From IMG/VR virus record IMGVR_UViG_3300025087_000016, positions 1-42,768 of that record: DNA of 42,768 bases; one strand, 5' to 3'. The stretch is from a virus (Duplodnaviria > Caudoviricetes). Positions within the stretch are counted from its first letter, which is position 1; every line of letters starts with the position of its first letter. This document shows, piece after piece, positions 1-9,897 of the stretch. The notes under the pieces are model-generated. The model saw only the letters and a program-made list of their open reading frames with translations. It had not been told where the DNA came from and ran no database searches. The translations under genes were made by a program, and so were the position numbers.

Positions 1-127
1 ATATAGAACTACCCATTATCATAAACCCGAAAGATAAATTAAATGTCTGAGCAAGTAGGATACATAAATAACTTAGATTTACAAGAAATAAACGACAAGT
101 TTCGTATTATACAAAATTTGTTCGATG
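1..127. repeat. Terminal direct repeat (left copy); assembly overlap of a circular contig
   Basis: Identical to 42642-42768; 127 nt is a typical assembler k-mer overlap; the reading frames run continuously across the join. Confidence 0.95.
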
Positions 128-1011
128 GGATTATATTCAACGATACACACTTAAAAGATTATCTTAATAACTCAAGACATGATTTACAAGAAAGACATAC
201 TCTTGGGGATGTAGTAAATCACGATAGTATTGTTAATCTAACAGACGTAAATATAGAGTTAATACAAGAGAATAGTTTAAAATTACTTAGAATAAACGAA
301 GAATATACAGGTGTAGAACTTGTTGCATCTGAATTAGCTATAGATTTATTTGAATTAATTTCTGGAACTACTAATCAAATAGATGTAGCTGGAGGCTCAG
401 GTGATGGAAGTGTAACACTTAGTTTATCTAGTACGCTCATATTTCCAGGAACAGCTACAGCTTCTAGTTTAATAGTAACTAATGGTGGAACTATTGGACA
501 AGCTGCTGGAGCTTTACTTACATTTGATGATACAAATAATTTCTTAGAAATAACTGGATGTAGTGTTGGAATTAAAAATACTGCTCCAGATGAACTTCTA
601 AGTGTAGGTGGAGAAACAGATGCAACTGATAATTATATAGCTATTTGTTCTGCTGGAACAAATGCACGCGGAGTTAAATTTCAAGAAGGTGCTACTATAG
701 AAGTAGATGCTAATGGAGATTTAGTAGTAAAATATAACCAAGGTGATGCAGCTTCTATAGATTTTTTTATTAAACGTGGAAGTGCCGAAAGTTTAGTTCT
801 TAATTGTGATGTAAGTGGTAATATTGGAATAGGTGTTACACCAACTTGTGTTTTAGATATAAATGCAGATAAATTTAGATTACGAACAAGTAAAACTCCA
901 AGTTCAGCTTTAGACACTGGCAATGCTGGAGATATTTGTTGGGATTCTAGTTTTATATATGTTTGTGTTGGTACAAATACTTGGAAGAAAGTAGGTATAG
1001 CGACATGGTAG
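43..1011 (+). CDS. Tail fibre / receptor-binding-like structural protein
   Basis: Gly/Thr/Ser-rich beta-type repeats (GNIGIG, SVGIKNTAP); C-terminal TPSSALDTGNAGDICWDSSFIYVCVGTNTWKKV motif typical of phage fibre C-termini; ATG overlaps the nozzle gene stop across the circular join. Confidence 0.7.
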   Translation: MSEQVGYINNLDLQEINDKFRIIQNLFDGIIFNDTHLKDYLNNSRHDLQERHTLGDVVNHDSIVNLTDVNIELIQENSLKLLRINEEYTGVELVASELAIDLFELISGTTNQIDVAGGSGDGSVTLSLSSTLIFPGTATASSLIVTNGGTIGQAAGALLTFDDTNNFLEITGCSVGIKNTAPDELLSVGGETDATDNYIAICSAGTNARGVKFQEGATIEVDANGDLVVKYNQGDAASIDFFIKRGSAESLVLNCDVSGNIGIGVTPTCVLDINADKFRLRTSKTPSSALDTGNAGDICWDSSFIYVCVGTNTWKKVGIATW

Positions 1012-1232
1012 ATATAAATAATTTTGCTTCTAAAAAATCTAAAGGACTTGTTAAACTCGAAAAAGTTGGAGCTTCATATGCACTAACTATCAAAAAGTTT
1101 AATCCTGAAGATGGAACTGAACAGATACCAATTATAATAGGTATTTCAAAAACACAAATATTACAACAAAAAGAAACTTTAACTAAAGCAATTAAAGACC
1201 TTGACGATATACTTTTAGAAATGGAGGAATAA
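1005..1232 (+). CDS. Small hypothetical protein, possible fibre chaperone (start moved to ATG 1005, MVDINNF)
   Basis: ATG overlaps the fibre gene end; C-terminal coiled-coil-like helix. Confidence 0.55.
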   Translation: MVDINNFASKKSKGLVKLEKVGASYALTIKKFNPEDGTEQIPIIIGISKTQILQQKETLTKAIKDLDDILLEMEE

Positions 1233-1236
1233 CTTC

Positions 1237-2676
1237 ATGGCTGAATCATCATCTTTTTGGCCACTTCTAGTTTCGGCAGCTATAGAAAGTTATCAAGATA
1301 GAGACCAAGCTAGTATTAATAGAAATACTAGCTTACAGATGGCAAATCTACAATCTGGAAAAGCTTATCCTGGACAGGGAAAATTAGCTGCTGAACTTGC
1401 TCCATATTTGTGGGAAAATATCAATACTGGTTTAACTCCTGAAGAAAAGAAACTTTATTATAATCAGGGAAAAACTAGTATTTTACAAGCTGATAAAAGT
1501 AATAGAGGTCAAGCGTCTAAAATATTTGCTTCACAAGGCTTAAAAGGTGGATCTATTGCTAATTTACTTGCTAGTACAAATGCAAGTGAGTTTACTAAAC
1601 TAAATAATAACATAATGCTTGCTGATATAAACAAGAAGAATATGAGAATAGAAGATATTCTTAAATTCTTGTCTTTAAAAGCAGGAAATAATTTAGATTC
1701 TGATGATATAAATTCCCTATTAGGAGATGGTGGCTCTAATTCTTTTTTAAGCTCAATAGCTCCTGCTGCTGGTGCTATGATTACTAAATGGCTAATGGAC
1801 CCTAAGAAACCTGCTTCTGAAACCGCAACAGAGGCAGGTACACGAGAAAGTGGCGGAATAACAGATGTAGTTAAAAATGTACCATCAAGTATTTTGAAAT
1901 ATGCAAAAGAAGCTTTGGGAATAAATACTCCTGCAATTACCGGAGCTGAATATAGTACATGGGTAGGTGCAGGAGAACCAGCTTTAACTCCTGGATCTTA
2001 TGGTAGTGGTCTCGCTTCTTCTGCTGCTCTAACTGCTTCTGGTTCTAGTTCATTAGCTGCTACGGGTGCTTTATCTGCTTCTGAAGTAGCTGCTGCTGAA
2101 ACTGGTACTGGTGTTGCAGCTAGTTTAGGAAGTTCATGGTCATCTGTATTGGGACCAATAGGAGTAATTCTTGCGCCGCTTATGGGATATTTTGGTGCTA
2201 AAAGTGGAGAACGAAAAACAAAACATGCTAGAGAAGATTTCTTTAATTCTCTAAATTATGAACAACAATTAGCATATGCTGCTCACGGTGATGTAAATCA
2301 AAGATGGTTAGATGTTTTACAGAAATATACTCCTACTGAATCTGGTGAAGATATTACACTTAGAGATTTTTCAAGAACCCCTGTTCCAAATTGGTTACAA
2401 CCGTTTAGTAGATTTCAACCAAAAGATGAAGATATTAATTCATTGTATGAAGATGTAACAGGTTATAATGAAGCAACTAGTCAGTATGAGACTAGTAAAG
2501 TATTGAGAAAAAATTCCGGTGCTGCTCTAAATAAACTAATGAATAATCCTAATAACTGGAAATATTCACAAGATAGTTTTAATAGTGTAGAACAAGCTTT
2601 AACTAATAAAAGACCAGCTTATTTGAAAGGCATAAATAATGGACTTGAATTATTTAGGAGCATAAATTATGGGTAG
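1237..2676 (+). CDS. Putative internal virion/ejection protein with transmembrane-like segment
   Basis: GGAGG RBS; Ala/Gly/Ser-rich stretch followed by hydrophobic VLGPIGVILAPLMGYFG; position after tail genes. Confidence 0.55.
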   Translation: MAESSSFWPLLVSAAIESYQDRDQASINRNTSLQMANLQSGKAYPGQGKLAAELAPYLWENINTGLTPEEKKLYYNQGKTSILQADKSNRGQASKIFASQGLKGGSIANLLASTNASEFTKLNNNIMLADINKKNMRIEDILKFLSLKAGNNLDSDDINSLLGDGGSNSFLSSIAPAAGAMITKWLMDPKKPASETATEAGTRESGGITDVVKNVPSSILKYAKEALGINTPAITGAEYSTWVGAGEPALTPGSYGSGLASSAALTASGSSSLAATGALSASEVAAAETGTGVAASLGSSWSSVLGPIGVILAPLMGYFGAKSGERKTKHAREDFFNSLNYEQQLAYAAHGDVNQRWLDVLQKYTPTESGEDITLRDFSRTPVPNWLQPFSRFQPKDEDINSLYEDVTGYNEATSQYETSKVLRKNSGAALNKLMNNPNNWKYSQDSFNSVEQALTNKRPAYLKGINNGLELFRSINYG

Positions 2677-3913
2677 AATAACAGATGCAATAGCAAAATC
2701 AATGCAAATTGACTTGCAAAGCAGTCAATTAGAACTTCAAAGAAGAGAGCAAGAAAACAGAAATGCTGCTGCTGAACGTGCTGATTTGTTACAAGCTCTT
2801 AGAGATAGAACAGAAGCACGTAAAACAGAAAATGAAAGCATGACTATAAAGTTAAACCAAGGAAAAGATTTTATAGATAGCTTTTCTAAATTATACGCTG
2901 GAAGAAAAGATATTACTCCTAATGAAATGAACGCTGGAGTAAAGCTATTTCAAGAAAAATTTGGTATAGATGCAACTTCTATGTTTCAACCAAATACAGA
3001 TGAAAAAACTGGAGTAACTAAATCTTTTAACTTCACTAATGCAGATAGTATGAATAAGGAAATAGATAATAGACTAAAAGAAGCAGATATTAAAAACAAA
3101 CAAGCTGATACTGCTATAAAAATTATAGATGAAAAACAAAAACAATTAGAATTTTCTGGTGGTAAACCTGAGAAAACATGGGAAGGTGAATTACTTAGAT
3201 TACTCAACAATGATCCAAAATTTAAAACTTTATCACCTGAAGAAAAAAGACAAAAGGTAGTTGAAACAGCTTGGAGTTTACCAACTAGTTCAACTCAAGT
3301 CATGCCACAAGGAACTAAAAAAGAACTCCAAGATTCTATGATAGGAACTATAAGGCAAAGCCATGATTTGGCTCTTATAGAAAAAATCTTTGATGAAGAT
3401 ATGTTAACTTATCAAGGAAAACTTTGGAATTATAAAACTAGAATAGGTCTTAAATCTAAGTTAATAAAAAACTTATCTCCTGAAGATGAAAAATTTCATA
3501 CTAATCTTAGGTTATTTGAAGAAGCTAGTTCACGTACTGTAAATCAGTACACACATGATATGTCAGGAGCACAGTTTAGTATTAAAGAAATGGAAAGATA
3601 TAGAAATTCTCTGTTTAATACAGACTTAGATAAAGTAGAGTTCAAAGCTTCTTTTAATGATTATGTTAGTTTTGTCAAAAAATCTTACAGAATAAAAGAC
3701 ATGCTAGTTAGAAAAGGATTCACTGGAGAAGCTTTAGGAAAAAATATAGACCAATTAAATATGATTGGTGGTGATCCAACTCTAAGTGCTGATGCTATTA
3801 AAGAACGTGGTGATGAACTAAAAGAATTTTTTAAATCACAAGGTATAGCAGAAGATAAATTAATGGAAAAGATTAATTCTGAACTTATTAGAGAAGGATA
3901 CTTTCAAAAATGA
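2669..3913 (+). CDS. Putative ejection (internal virion) protein, alpha-helical
   Basis: N-terminal Q/E/R coiled coil; second of three large genes after the tail module. Confidence 0.5.
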   Translation: MGRITDAIAKSMQIDLQSSQLELQRREQENRNAAAERADLLQALRDRTEARKTENESMTIKLNQGKDFIDSFSKLYAGRKDITPNEMNAGVKLFQEKFGIDATSMFQPNTDEKTGVTKSFNFTNADSMNKEIDNRLKEADIKNKQADTAIKIIDEKQKQLEFSGGKPEKTWEGELLRLLNNDPKFKTLSPEEKRQKVVETAWSLPTSSTQVMPQGTKKELQDSMIGTIRQSHDLALIEKIFDEDMLTYQGKLWNYKTRIGLKSKLIKNLSPEDEKFHTNLRLFEEASSRTVNQYTHDMSGAQFSIKEMERYRNSLFNTDLDKVEFKASFNDYVSFVKKSYRIKDMLVRKGFTGEALGKNIDQLNMIGGDPTLSADAIKERGDELKEFFKSQGIAEDKLMEKINSELIREGYFQK

Positions 3914-5493
3914 ATGAATATATAGATTTTAATACTAAACATGCTGAAGATACTGGTGAAATTGTAGCCAGTGAAGTTAATAAAGCTGAAAAAAATGAAT
4001 ACCAGATTTTTAACGAGCAGTATATCCAACAAGATTTAAATAAACGTCAAAGTATAACTATAGGACAGACTTCTTCATGGGGAAGGACTTTGCTTAATTC
4101 CATGAAGAATTTTTCAATTCCAAAATATTTAGCTGCTCCGTATGAAGCTGGTGAATTTATATATGATAAACTCACTAATTTCAAAGCTACTAAACGAGAA
4201 TTAGGTGAATTTGCTTCCGGTATGGCTAAAACTGCCATACTTAGAACATATGCAGGTGAGGCAGGTAATAAAGCTAGAGAACAAAAATGGGGAGAAAAAG
4301 ATTACGAAATAGCTCAAATTCTTAATTTTGAAAGAAATATGGAAAAAGAGTTTGGTACTGAAGAAGCGTGGAAAAGATATTTCGAGAAAAATCCAGAAGA
4401 TACTTTACTTACAATAGCACCAATGCTTGGTTTGGCTGGTAAGTTTACTAAACTAAAAACTCTTGAAAAAGCTGGAACTGCAATAGATCCATTTAATGTA
4501 TTAGTTAGACCACTTGGTATTCTAAAAAATATGCCTGAAAATCTACATACAAGAGCTTTGAAACTTTCAGATACTTTGACACATGAAAGATATGATAGAG
4601 TTATAAAAACTTCAGTTAAAAATGATCTTGGTATGAGTTTTAAGGGTGTTGAAAAGTTAACAAAACAAATAGATGAATTAGGTAAAGTTAAAGATAATAT
4701 TATAAATACTGCAACTGGTTCTGGTATGTTTACTATGCCTGTATCAGAAATGTTTAAAGGTTTAGATGATTACGTAGAAACAATGCTAAAAAATTCAAGT
4801 GAAGGGGCTACTATTAAACCTATTGTTGAAAAGATAAAAAAAGGTATATTAGATGCTGAAAAAGAATTAAAACGTGATGTTTCTGGTTTAACTGCAAGAG
4901 AAATTGCAGATAAAAAAACTAGATTCGGCAAGGAACTTCATGAGTATTGGGGAAAACTTGTAAGTACTTCTGAAGCTTTGCCGTTTAAAAAAGAAGTAGT
5001 AGCTAAAATAGAAAGTAATCTGTATGATTATTTAAAAATTCTAGTTCCGGATGCTAGACTTGGTGACTTTCCAAAACTATCTAAAAAAATAGTAAAGGAC
5101 ATGTATCCTGGCATAAAAGATATTAGCCTTGAACAAATAAATAGACTCCAAGGAGATTTAATAGAATTAAAAAGAGCCATTAAAGATGAAGCTCATAGCA
5201 TGAAAGTTGGGAAATTTATGGACTTTCAAATTGGACAAAAAACTGCAACAGGAACTTGGATAGGTGGAATTTCTGGTGCTGTTTTGGGCGGTGAAGGTGG
5301 AATGAAAATTGGTGGAATGATAGGTGGAACTGGTGGTTTTATACTTGGTACTATTGATAGTTCTCCAAGAATTAAAATGGCACTTGGTAGATACTTAGAT
5401 TCAGCACGTGCCGCTGGAATCTTAGTAAAACCAAATGCCACCCTAATAAGACTTGGATTATATAGAGTTAATGATTATCAGAAGATGGAGTAA
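3910..5493 (+). CDS. Putative ejection (DNA transfer) protein
   Basis: Helical protein with a C-terminal glycine zipper (IGGISGAVLGGEGGMKIGGMIGGTGGFILG); last gene of the + arm. Confidence 0.55.
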   Translation: MNEYIDFNTKHAEDTGEIVASEVNKAEKNEYQIFNEQYIQQDLNKRQSITIGQTSSWGRTLLNSMKNFSIPKYLAAPYEAGEFIYDKLTNFKATKRELGEFASGMAKTAILRTYAGEAGNKAREQKWGEKDYEIAQILNFERNMEKEFGTEEAWKRYFEKNPEDTLLTIAPMLGLAGKFTKLKTLEKAGTAIDPFNVLVRPLGILKNMPENLHTRALKLSDTLTHERYDRVIKTSVKNDLGMSFKGVEKLTKQIDELGKVKDNIINTATGSGMFTMPVSEMFKGLDDYVETMLKNSSEGATIKPIVEKIKKGILDAEKELKRDVSGLTAREIADKKTRFGKELHEYWGKLVSTSEALPFKKEVVAKIESNLYDYLKILVPDARLGDFPKLSKKIVKDMYPGIKDISLEQINRLQGDLIELKRAIKDEAHSMKVGKFMDFQIGQKTATGTWIGGISGAVLGGEGGMKIGGMIGGTGGFILGTIDSSPRIKMALGRYLDSARAAGILVKPNATLIRLGLYRVNDYQKME

Positions 5494-5768
5494 ATCAAAT
5501 ATGACCTAGTATCTTCTCTTAATATTTCAAAATGTAATAGTTCTAATTTATTCAATATTGATTTAATCAAATCTATCATAAAAAAATAAGATCCTTTGTG
5601 ATGATGGTCATATAATTCTACTTTTTTTCCAGGATTACTCATTGCTTCACCTATAAAGCGTAAAGCTAAACCAGTTGATCTACCTGAACGCCTTTCTTCA
5701 GGAAAAGAATATCCATATAGTAGTTTATATTCTTCCCTTTTTTCATCAGATATCAATTTATTTTTCAT
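5478..5768 (-). CDS. Small protein with P-loop-like RRSGRST motif
   Basis: ORF track; RRSGRSTGLAL resembles a terminase/helicase Walker A with K replaced by R. Confidence 0.5.
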   Translation of the reverse strand: MKNKLISDEKREEYKLLYGYSFPEERRSGRSTGLALRFIGEAMSNPGKKVELYDHHHKGSYFFMIDLIKSILNKLELLHFEILREDTRSYLIYSIF

Positions 5769-6048
5769 ATATATCCTTCCCTACATCCAATTCTCTCTTC
5801 AACTTATTATAAGCCAACTGCGCGTAGTGTGCTATTTTAAACATATCGCGCAGTTGTTCTAAATCACCCCTTGAATTTCTTTTAAATCTTGCCAAATACT
5901 TCTTAATAGCTTGCATACAATCTTCACTTGTCCAGTTTTCAACCTGATCGTTTCCATCAGGATTATCATATTGAGCTTTGGTGTATTTTTCAATATGTTG
6001 ATACATCTGAAGATTAAACTTTTCCCAATCTTGTAGTCTGTTAATCAT
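5758..6048 (-). CDS. Hypothetical protein, DUF3310-like (nucleotide-metabolism associated)
   Basis: AIKKYLARF...K....EQLRDMFKIAHYAQL resembles the KY..R...K...DL.KA..Y signature. Confidence 0.45.
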   Translation of the reverse strand: MINRLQDWEKFNLQMYQHIEKYTKAQYDNPDGNDQVENWTSEDCMQAIKKYLARFKRNSRGDLEQLRDMFKIAHYAQLAYNKLKRELDVGKDIYEK

Positions 6049-6316
6049 TTTCTATCTCCTTCCTTATCTCTTCTTTAATATTTTCAAGATTTTGTTGCGC
6101 GTCTTTTAGTTTACGCTCATAGTATTCTTCTTTGGTGATTTTGATACTTTTTCCACATTTAGAACATGTAACGTAATATACTTTTCGCATGTCATGATCT
6201 CTGTACTCTCTAGCATCTCCTATTTCAATATTATGTTCACATTCAAACTGAGTAATTTTTGTTTCTAAGTATTCTATTCTATCTTTTAAGTTTTCAAGTA
6301 TCTGTTGTGGTCTCAT
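6041..6316 (-). CDS. Small zinc-finger/coiled-coil protein
   Basis: CEH...CSKC putative metal ligands. Confidence 0.5.
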   Translation of the reverse strand: MRPQQILENLKDRIEYLETKITQFECEHNIEIGDAREYRDHDMRKVYYVTCSKCGKSIKITKEEYYERKLKDAQQNLENIKEEIRKEIEND

Positions 6317-6318
6317 AT

Positions 6319-6741
6319 CTAAAATTCCCTCCCATGTTTATATGGTCTATTTAGGTTTATTTTATGTTTTTCTTCAATAGCCCTTCCTAAATCAATACCT
6401 AAATATTCACACAAATCCATTATTCTTATAGTTGCATCCGCTAGTTCTTCATTTAAAGATTTATTGTCTCTATGTGCTTCTAACGCTTCTGATATTTCAG
6501 AATGAATTAAACATAGTTTTTCAGAAATAATTTTAGGATTATCTTTTTGTTCCCAAAAACCATGCCTTACTGCATTTTCGTAAACTCCATATTGAATATT
6601 TCTAATTCTTGTATCATATACTATACCTGTGTATTCCACTGCCATTCGTATAATTTCTGGAATAGCTAAATTTTTAGGTAAATTCCTAGCTGTATTTTCC
6701 AATTTTTTTTCTATAAAACTAATTGTTTCTTCTCTATTCAT
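6319..6741 (-). CDS. MazG-like NTP pyrophosphohydrolase
   Basis: LIHSEISEALEAHR...EELADATIRIMDL...EKHKINLNRPYKHG signature. Confidence 0.85.
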   Translation of the reverse strand: MNREETISFIEKKLENTARNLPKNLAIPEIIRMAVEYTGIVYDTRIRNIQYGVYENAVRHGFWEQKDNPKIISEKLCLIHSEISEALEAHRDNKSLNEELADATIRIMDLCEYLGIDLGRAIEEKHKINLNRPYKHGREF

Positions 6742-7187
6742 ATCTCGCTCCTTGTGTTTACCATTATTTGAATCATCTTTACTGCATCTTCATAGGTATT
6801 AAACTCAAAATCCCAATCTATAATTATGCTTTTGGTTTTAACTCCTACTGTTTTTGCTCTTTCGCTTAGGAATATTTTCCTGTAATCTAGTTTGTTATGT
6901 CTGATTAGAATTTTATCATTGTTTTCATCATAGGCTACTATAATTCCTACACCACCAGATGTTTTAATTCTGTTTATATGTTTAAGCTGAAATGGTGTGG
7001 TTGTTATTCTATTATCTCTTCTAACTTTAAACTCTATCCCAACAAAAATACTATCTAAACAAAATAAATTATCCGGTATTCCTTCTTCTTGTGCTTCATG
7101 GCCATGTATTTTAATAGCATACATGAATGGATAGAGTTTATATAAGTATTCGTTTATGAACTTATGAGCAAAGTCGGTTTCTTTCAT
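6738..7187 (-). CDS. VRR-NUC / Holliday-junction-resolvase-like PD-(D/E)XK nuclease
   Basis: E...KIHG...GIPD...FVGIEFK...T.FQ...I...GG motifs. Confidence 0.8.
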   Translation of the reverse strand: MKETDFAHKFINEYLYKLYPFMYAIKIHGHEAQEEGIPDNLFCLDSIFVGIEFKVRRDNRITTTPFQLKHINRIKTSGGVGIIVAYDENNDKILIRHNKLDYRKIFLSERAKTVGVKTKSIIIDWDFEFNTYEDAVKMIQIMVNTRSEI

Positions 7188-7615
7188 AATATAAACTCCA
7201 ATAGAATATTTATATCATCTGTAATTAAATCAGCAAATCCATACATAACGTCAAATTCCCCACACGGAAACTCTGCTTGGTAAATTATTAGTTTTTTACC
7301 ACAACCTTTTGCATATCCAGCTTCTAAATGAGATGATTTTCCAGCAGGTAAAACCAAAATACAGCAATCACACCAATCAAGGAATTTTTTATCTTCAGCA
7401 AAAGCTTTTTGAACTTTACTGTACTTCATAATACTTTCTGCATTTTCTTCATTTAGATCAAAAACTTCCGAAGTAAGTTCTTTCCATGAAAAAATATATC
7501 TTCCTGTACTTCCATCACAAAAACAATCTACTTCATGATTAAATTCTTTTAGTATTTTAGCTATACCCTTTAAATAAACAGAATTTTTCCAGCTACTTGC
7601 AAGATATATTTTCAT
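7184..7615 (-). CDS. Nucleoside 2-deoxyribosyltransferase-like protein
   Basis: KIYLASSWKN...D...LDWCDCCILVLPAGKSSHLEAGYAKGCGK. Confidence 0.8.
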   Translation of the reverse strand: MKIYLASSWKNSVYLKGIAKILKEFNHEVDCFCDGSTGRYIFSWKELTSEVFDLNEENAESIMKYSKVQKAFAEDKKFLDWCDCCILVLPAGKSSHLEAGYAKGCGKKLIIYQAEFPCGEFDVMYGFADLITDDINILLEFIL

Positions 7616-9654
7616 AATTTTGCCAATTCCTCCTTTAATGCTTTTCTGAAAATAGCTGTTTTTACATAAAATCCCTGCTTCTTATCAAGAAATCCACATG
7701 AAACCATAGTTGCTCTAAGTTTATCTGCCTGATCTCTAGTACATCTTGCGAAATCATGTATTTCCTGAAATGTTATTCTCTTTGTATTTATCATGTTGAG
7801 TATGAACGATTTAGCTTCCTCACCACAGTAGCTATATACTAGTTTAAAAACTTCATCTTTTGAATTACTAGTCTTGTCATCTCCTGCTTTGTGGTATGCT
7901 GAATATTCTCCATAACCAAAGCTTTCTTTGTTATATATCTTATTAAGCCAGTTATAGATATACTCAACATGTTCTGTTTTGATTATTACATTTTCACCGC
8001 TGTCATCTGTGCTAAAAAGTCTAACAGCTAAAGCTATACTTAGTCTTGATAGTTTTAATCTTATTGTACTTCCAAGAACTAGAGGAAAGTTAGGTGAGTA
8101 TTTATTTGACATTTCAACAGAGTAGAATAAAATTAAATCTTCAACGTCTTTATCGAATATTACATTGTTAGCTTTTCTACTCCAACCCCAAAGAATTAAC
8201 TTATTACACAAATCACCAGTATAAACATGTTTTATACCTGGAATACCATCTTTTGTTCTAGCTGCATTTATCTTATCCGGATTCACTTCATTTTCAGAAA
8301 TAGTTAGAATAAAATCGAAACGTGAAATATCCTCTTCATTGCCAATTAACTCTTTAACCATGTCACAACCATTGTCGTATAATCTAATAGCTCTTTTTCG
8401 TGGATTTGAAATCCAAAGAAGTCTAACTTTTGCACTTGTACTAGAACTTCCCCCAACGATAGTTCTTTCTGCAATACCTTCAGAACGTATTCTTGTTAGT
8501 TCTGAGAAAACTTCCCTATCTATTCCAGACATTTCGTCTAGTACAACTGCTCGTGAATTATTTAATGGTAAAAGTCCCCAAGTCATTACGTTTATGCTTT
8601 CAAATTTAGTCATTCCTCCAATTAAGCCAGCTATTGTACTATTTTCAGCGCCTTGGATTATTCCTGCTTTATAATGTTTTATTAGTTTAGTTGCTATTTT
8701 TGTTTTTCCTGTACTTGTGTCACCTACTATTAAAGCTTCAGTCCAACCTTTTTCAAAACTTTGACCAAATTTAAAATGCAATACACTATGAAAAACTAAG
8801 TCTACTGAGAACATTATATCGTTTCTGTATCGTATAATAGGTGACAAATTTACAGAGAAGTCGTTGTAAATCTCTTTAAGTTTTTGCTCTATGTTAGTAT
8901 TTTCTACTTGAAATATTTTCAAATCTTCTTTTTCTTGGTTAGTTAATTTGAATTTATCTAAATCATCTTCTTCTTCTTTATACTTCTTGATATAAAAAAC
9001 TAAACTTTGATTCTTTGGCAAAGAAATAGGTTTTCCAGAAAATTTATACTTCTTATTAGGTATGATTTCTGATCCCTCAGCGAAAGCATGGCGTACAATA
9101 AATCTTTGTTCTTTAGTTTCATCTACTCCTTTCATATCAGGTGAAAGAAATATTTCTTGCATATACTTTTGTTCTAATACTTCAATTTTGAATTGTCCAC
9201 ATTGCATAATGCCAAGCTTTCGTTTAATAAGAGATATTTTCTGTACGTTATTACAATCTATTAACTCCAACGGTGATATGTTATCTAGCTTAATTTCAAT
9301 GTGTCCACCTGTTAAGAATAAACCACAAGAAGCGCACATTTCGCCTCTTGTCATATCGCAGTTAACTCTTATTTTAACTGGATATATATATGGTTTAGCT
9401 GCTTCACCCCTTACCATAGCTGTAAAAGTTATAGGTTTATTGATATACTCTTCTTTGATTGAATCGTAGAAGTCAATTTCTTTGTAATCTGTACCAATAT
9501 CATCTTCTTTAATCTCAGATAGTTCAGGAAAAGCCTCTTCAAAAGTTTTTGCATTGTCTATTAGGAGTTTAAACGCTGTTTTAAATTCATTTAGTCTATC
9601 TGAGTTAAAGAATAAGAGAAAATAATCAGTGAAATCCTTATTCTTATATTCCAC
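7612..9654 (-). CDS. mcm: MCM-family AAA+ replicative helicase; N-terminus carries the tail of a Toprim domain
   Basis: Zn finger (C..CASC..C), Walker A GDTSTGKT, sensor region STIAGLIGG, Walker B VVLDEM, arginine finger SRFD; begins with KDFTDYF. Confidence 0.85.
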   Translation of the reverse strand: MEYKNKDFTDYFLLFFNSDRLNEFKTAFKLLIDNAKTFEEAFPELSEIKEDDIGTDYKEIDFYDSIKEEYINKPITFTAMVRGEAAKPYIYPVKIRVNCDMTRGEMCASCGLFLTGGHIEIKLDNISPLELIDCNNVQKISLIKRKLGIMQCGQFKIEVLEQKYMQEIFLSPDMKGVDETKEQRFIVRHAFAEGSEIIPNKKYKFSGKPISLPKNQSLVFYIKKYKEEEDDLDKFKLTNQEKEDLKIFQVENTNIEQKLKEIYNDFSVNLSPIIRYRNDIMFSVDLVFHSVLHFKFGQSFEKGWTEALIVGDTSTGKTKIATKLIKHYKAGIIQGAENSTIAGLIGGMTKFESINVMTWGLLPLNNSRAVVLDEMSGIDREVFSELTRIRSEGIAERTIVGGSSSTSAKVRLLWISNPRKRAIRLYDNGCDMVKELIGNEEDISRFDFILTISENEVNPDKINAARTKDGIPGIKHVYTGDLCNKLILWGWSRKANNVIFDKDVEDLILFYSVEMSNKYSPNFPLVLGSTIRLKLSRLSIALAVRLFSTDDSGENVIIKTEHVEYIYNWLNKIYNKESFGYGEYSAYHKAGDDKTSNSKDEVFKLVYSYCGEEAKSFILNMINTKRITFQEIHDFARCTRDQADKLRATMVSCGFLDKKQGFYVKTAIFRKALKEELAKL

Positions 9655-9656
9655 AT

Positions 9657-9893
9657 TTATTTCTCCACTATGTCAAATAGAGTTTTCTTTCCAGTTTTTT
9701 TAGAGTTCATTGCGCGTACAAGTATTCTAATAGAATTTGCAATTCTACCTTCCTTACCGATTATTTTCCCTAAATCTTCTTTCTTGACACTTACTTCGTA
9801 CAAGATATGACCATTAGAGCTAAGTTCAGTAATCTTAATTGCGTCTTTGTCGTCTACCAAGTTTTCGATAATACTTTTGATGATAGTTTTCAT
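9657..9893 (-). CDS. khpA: KhpA-like single KH-domain RNA-binding protein (start ATG 9893)
   Basis: IIENLVD...YEVSVKKEDLGKIIGKEGRIANSIRILVRA with intact GxxG loop; GGAGGA RBS 7 nt upstream. Confidence 0.88.
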   Translation of the reverse strand: MKTIIKSIIENLVDDKDAIKITELSSNGHILYEVSVKKEDLGKIIGKEGRIANSIRILVRAMNSKKTGKKTLFDIVEK

Positions 9894-9897
9894 TTTT

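Noticed and set aside
1-127. 127-nt terminal repeat as biological phage DTR
   Set aside because: The length matches a common assembler k-mer and it falls mid-gene; it shows circularity only
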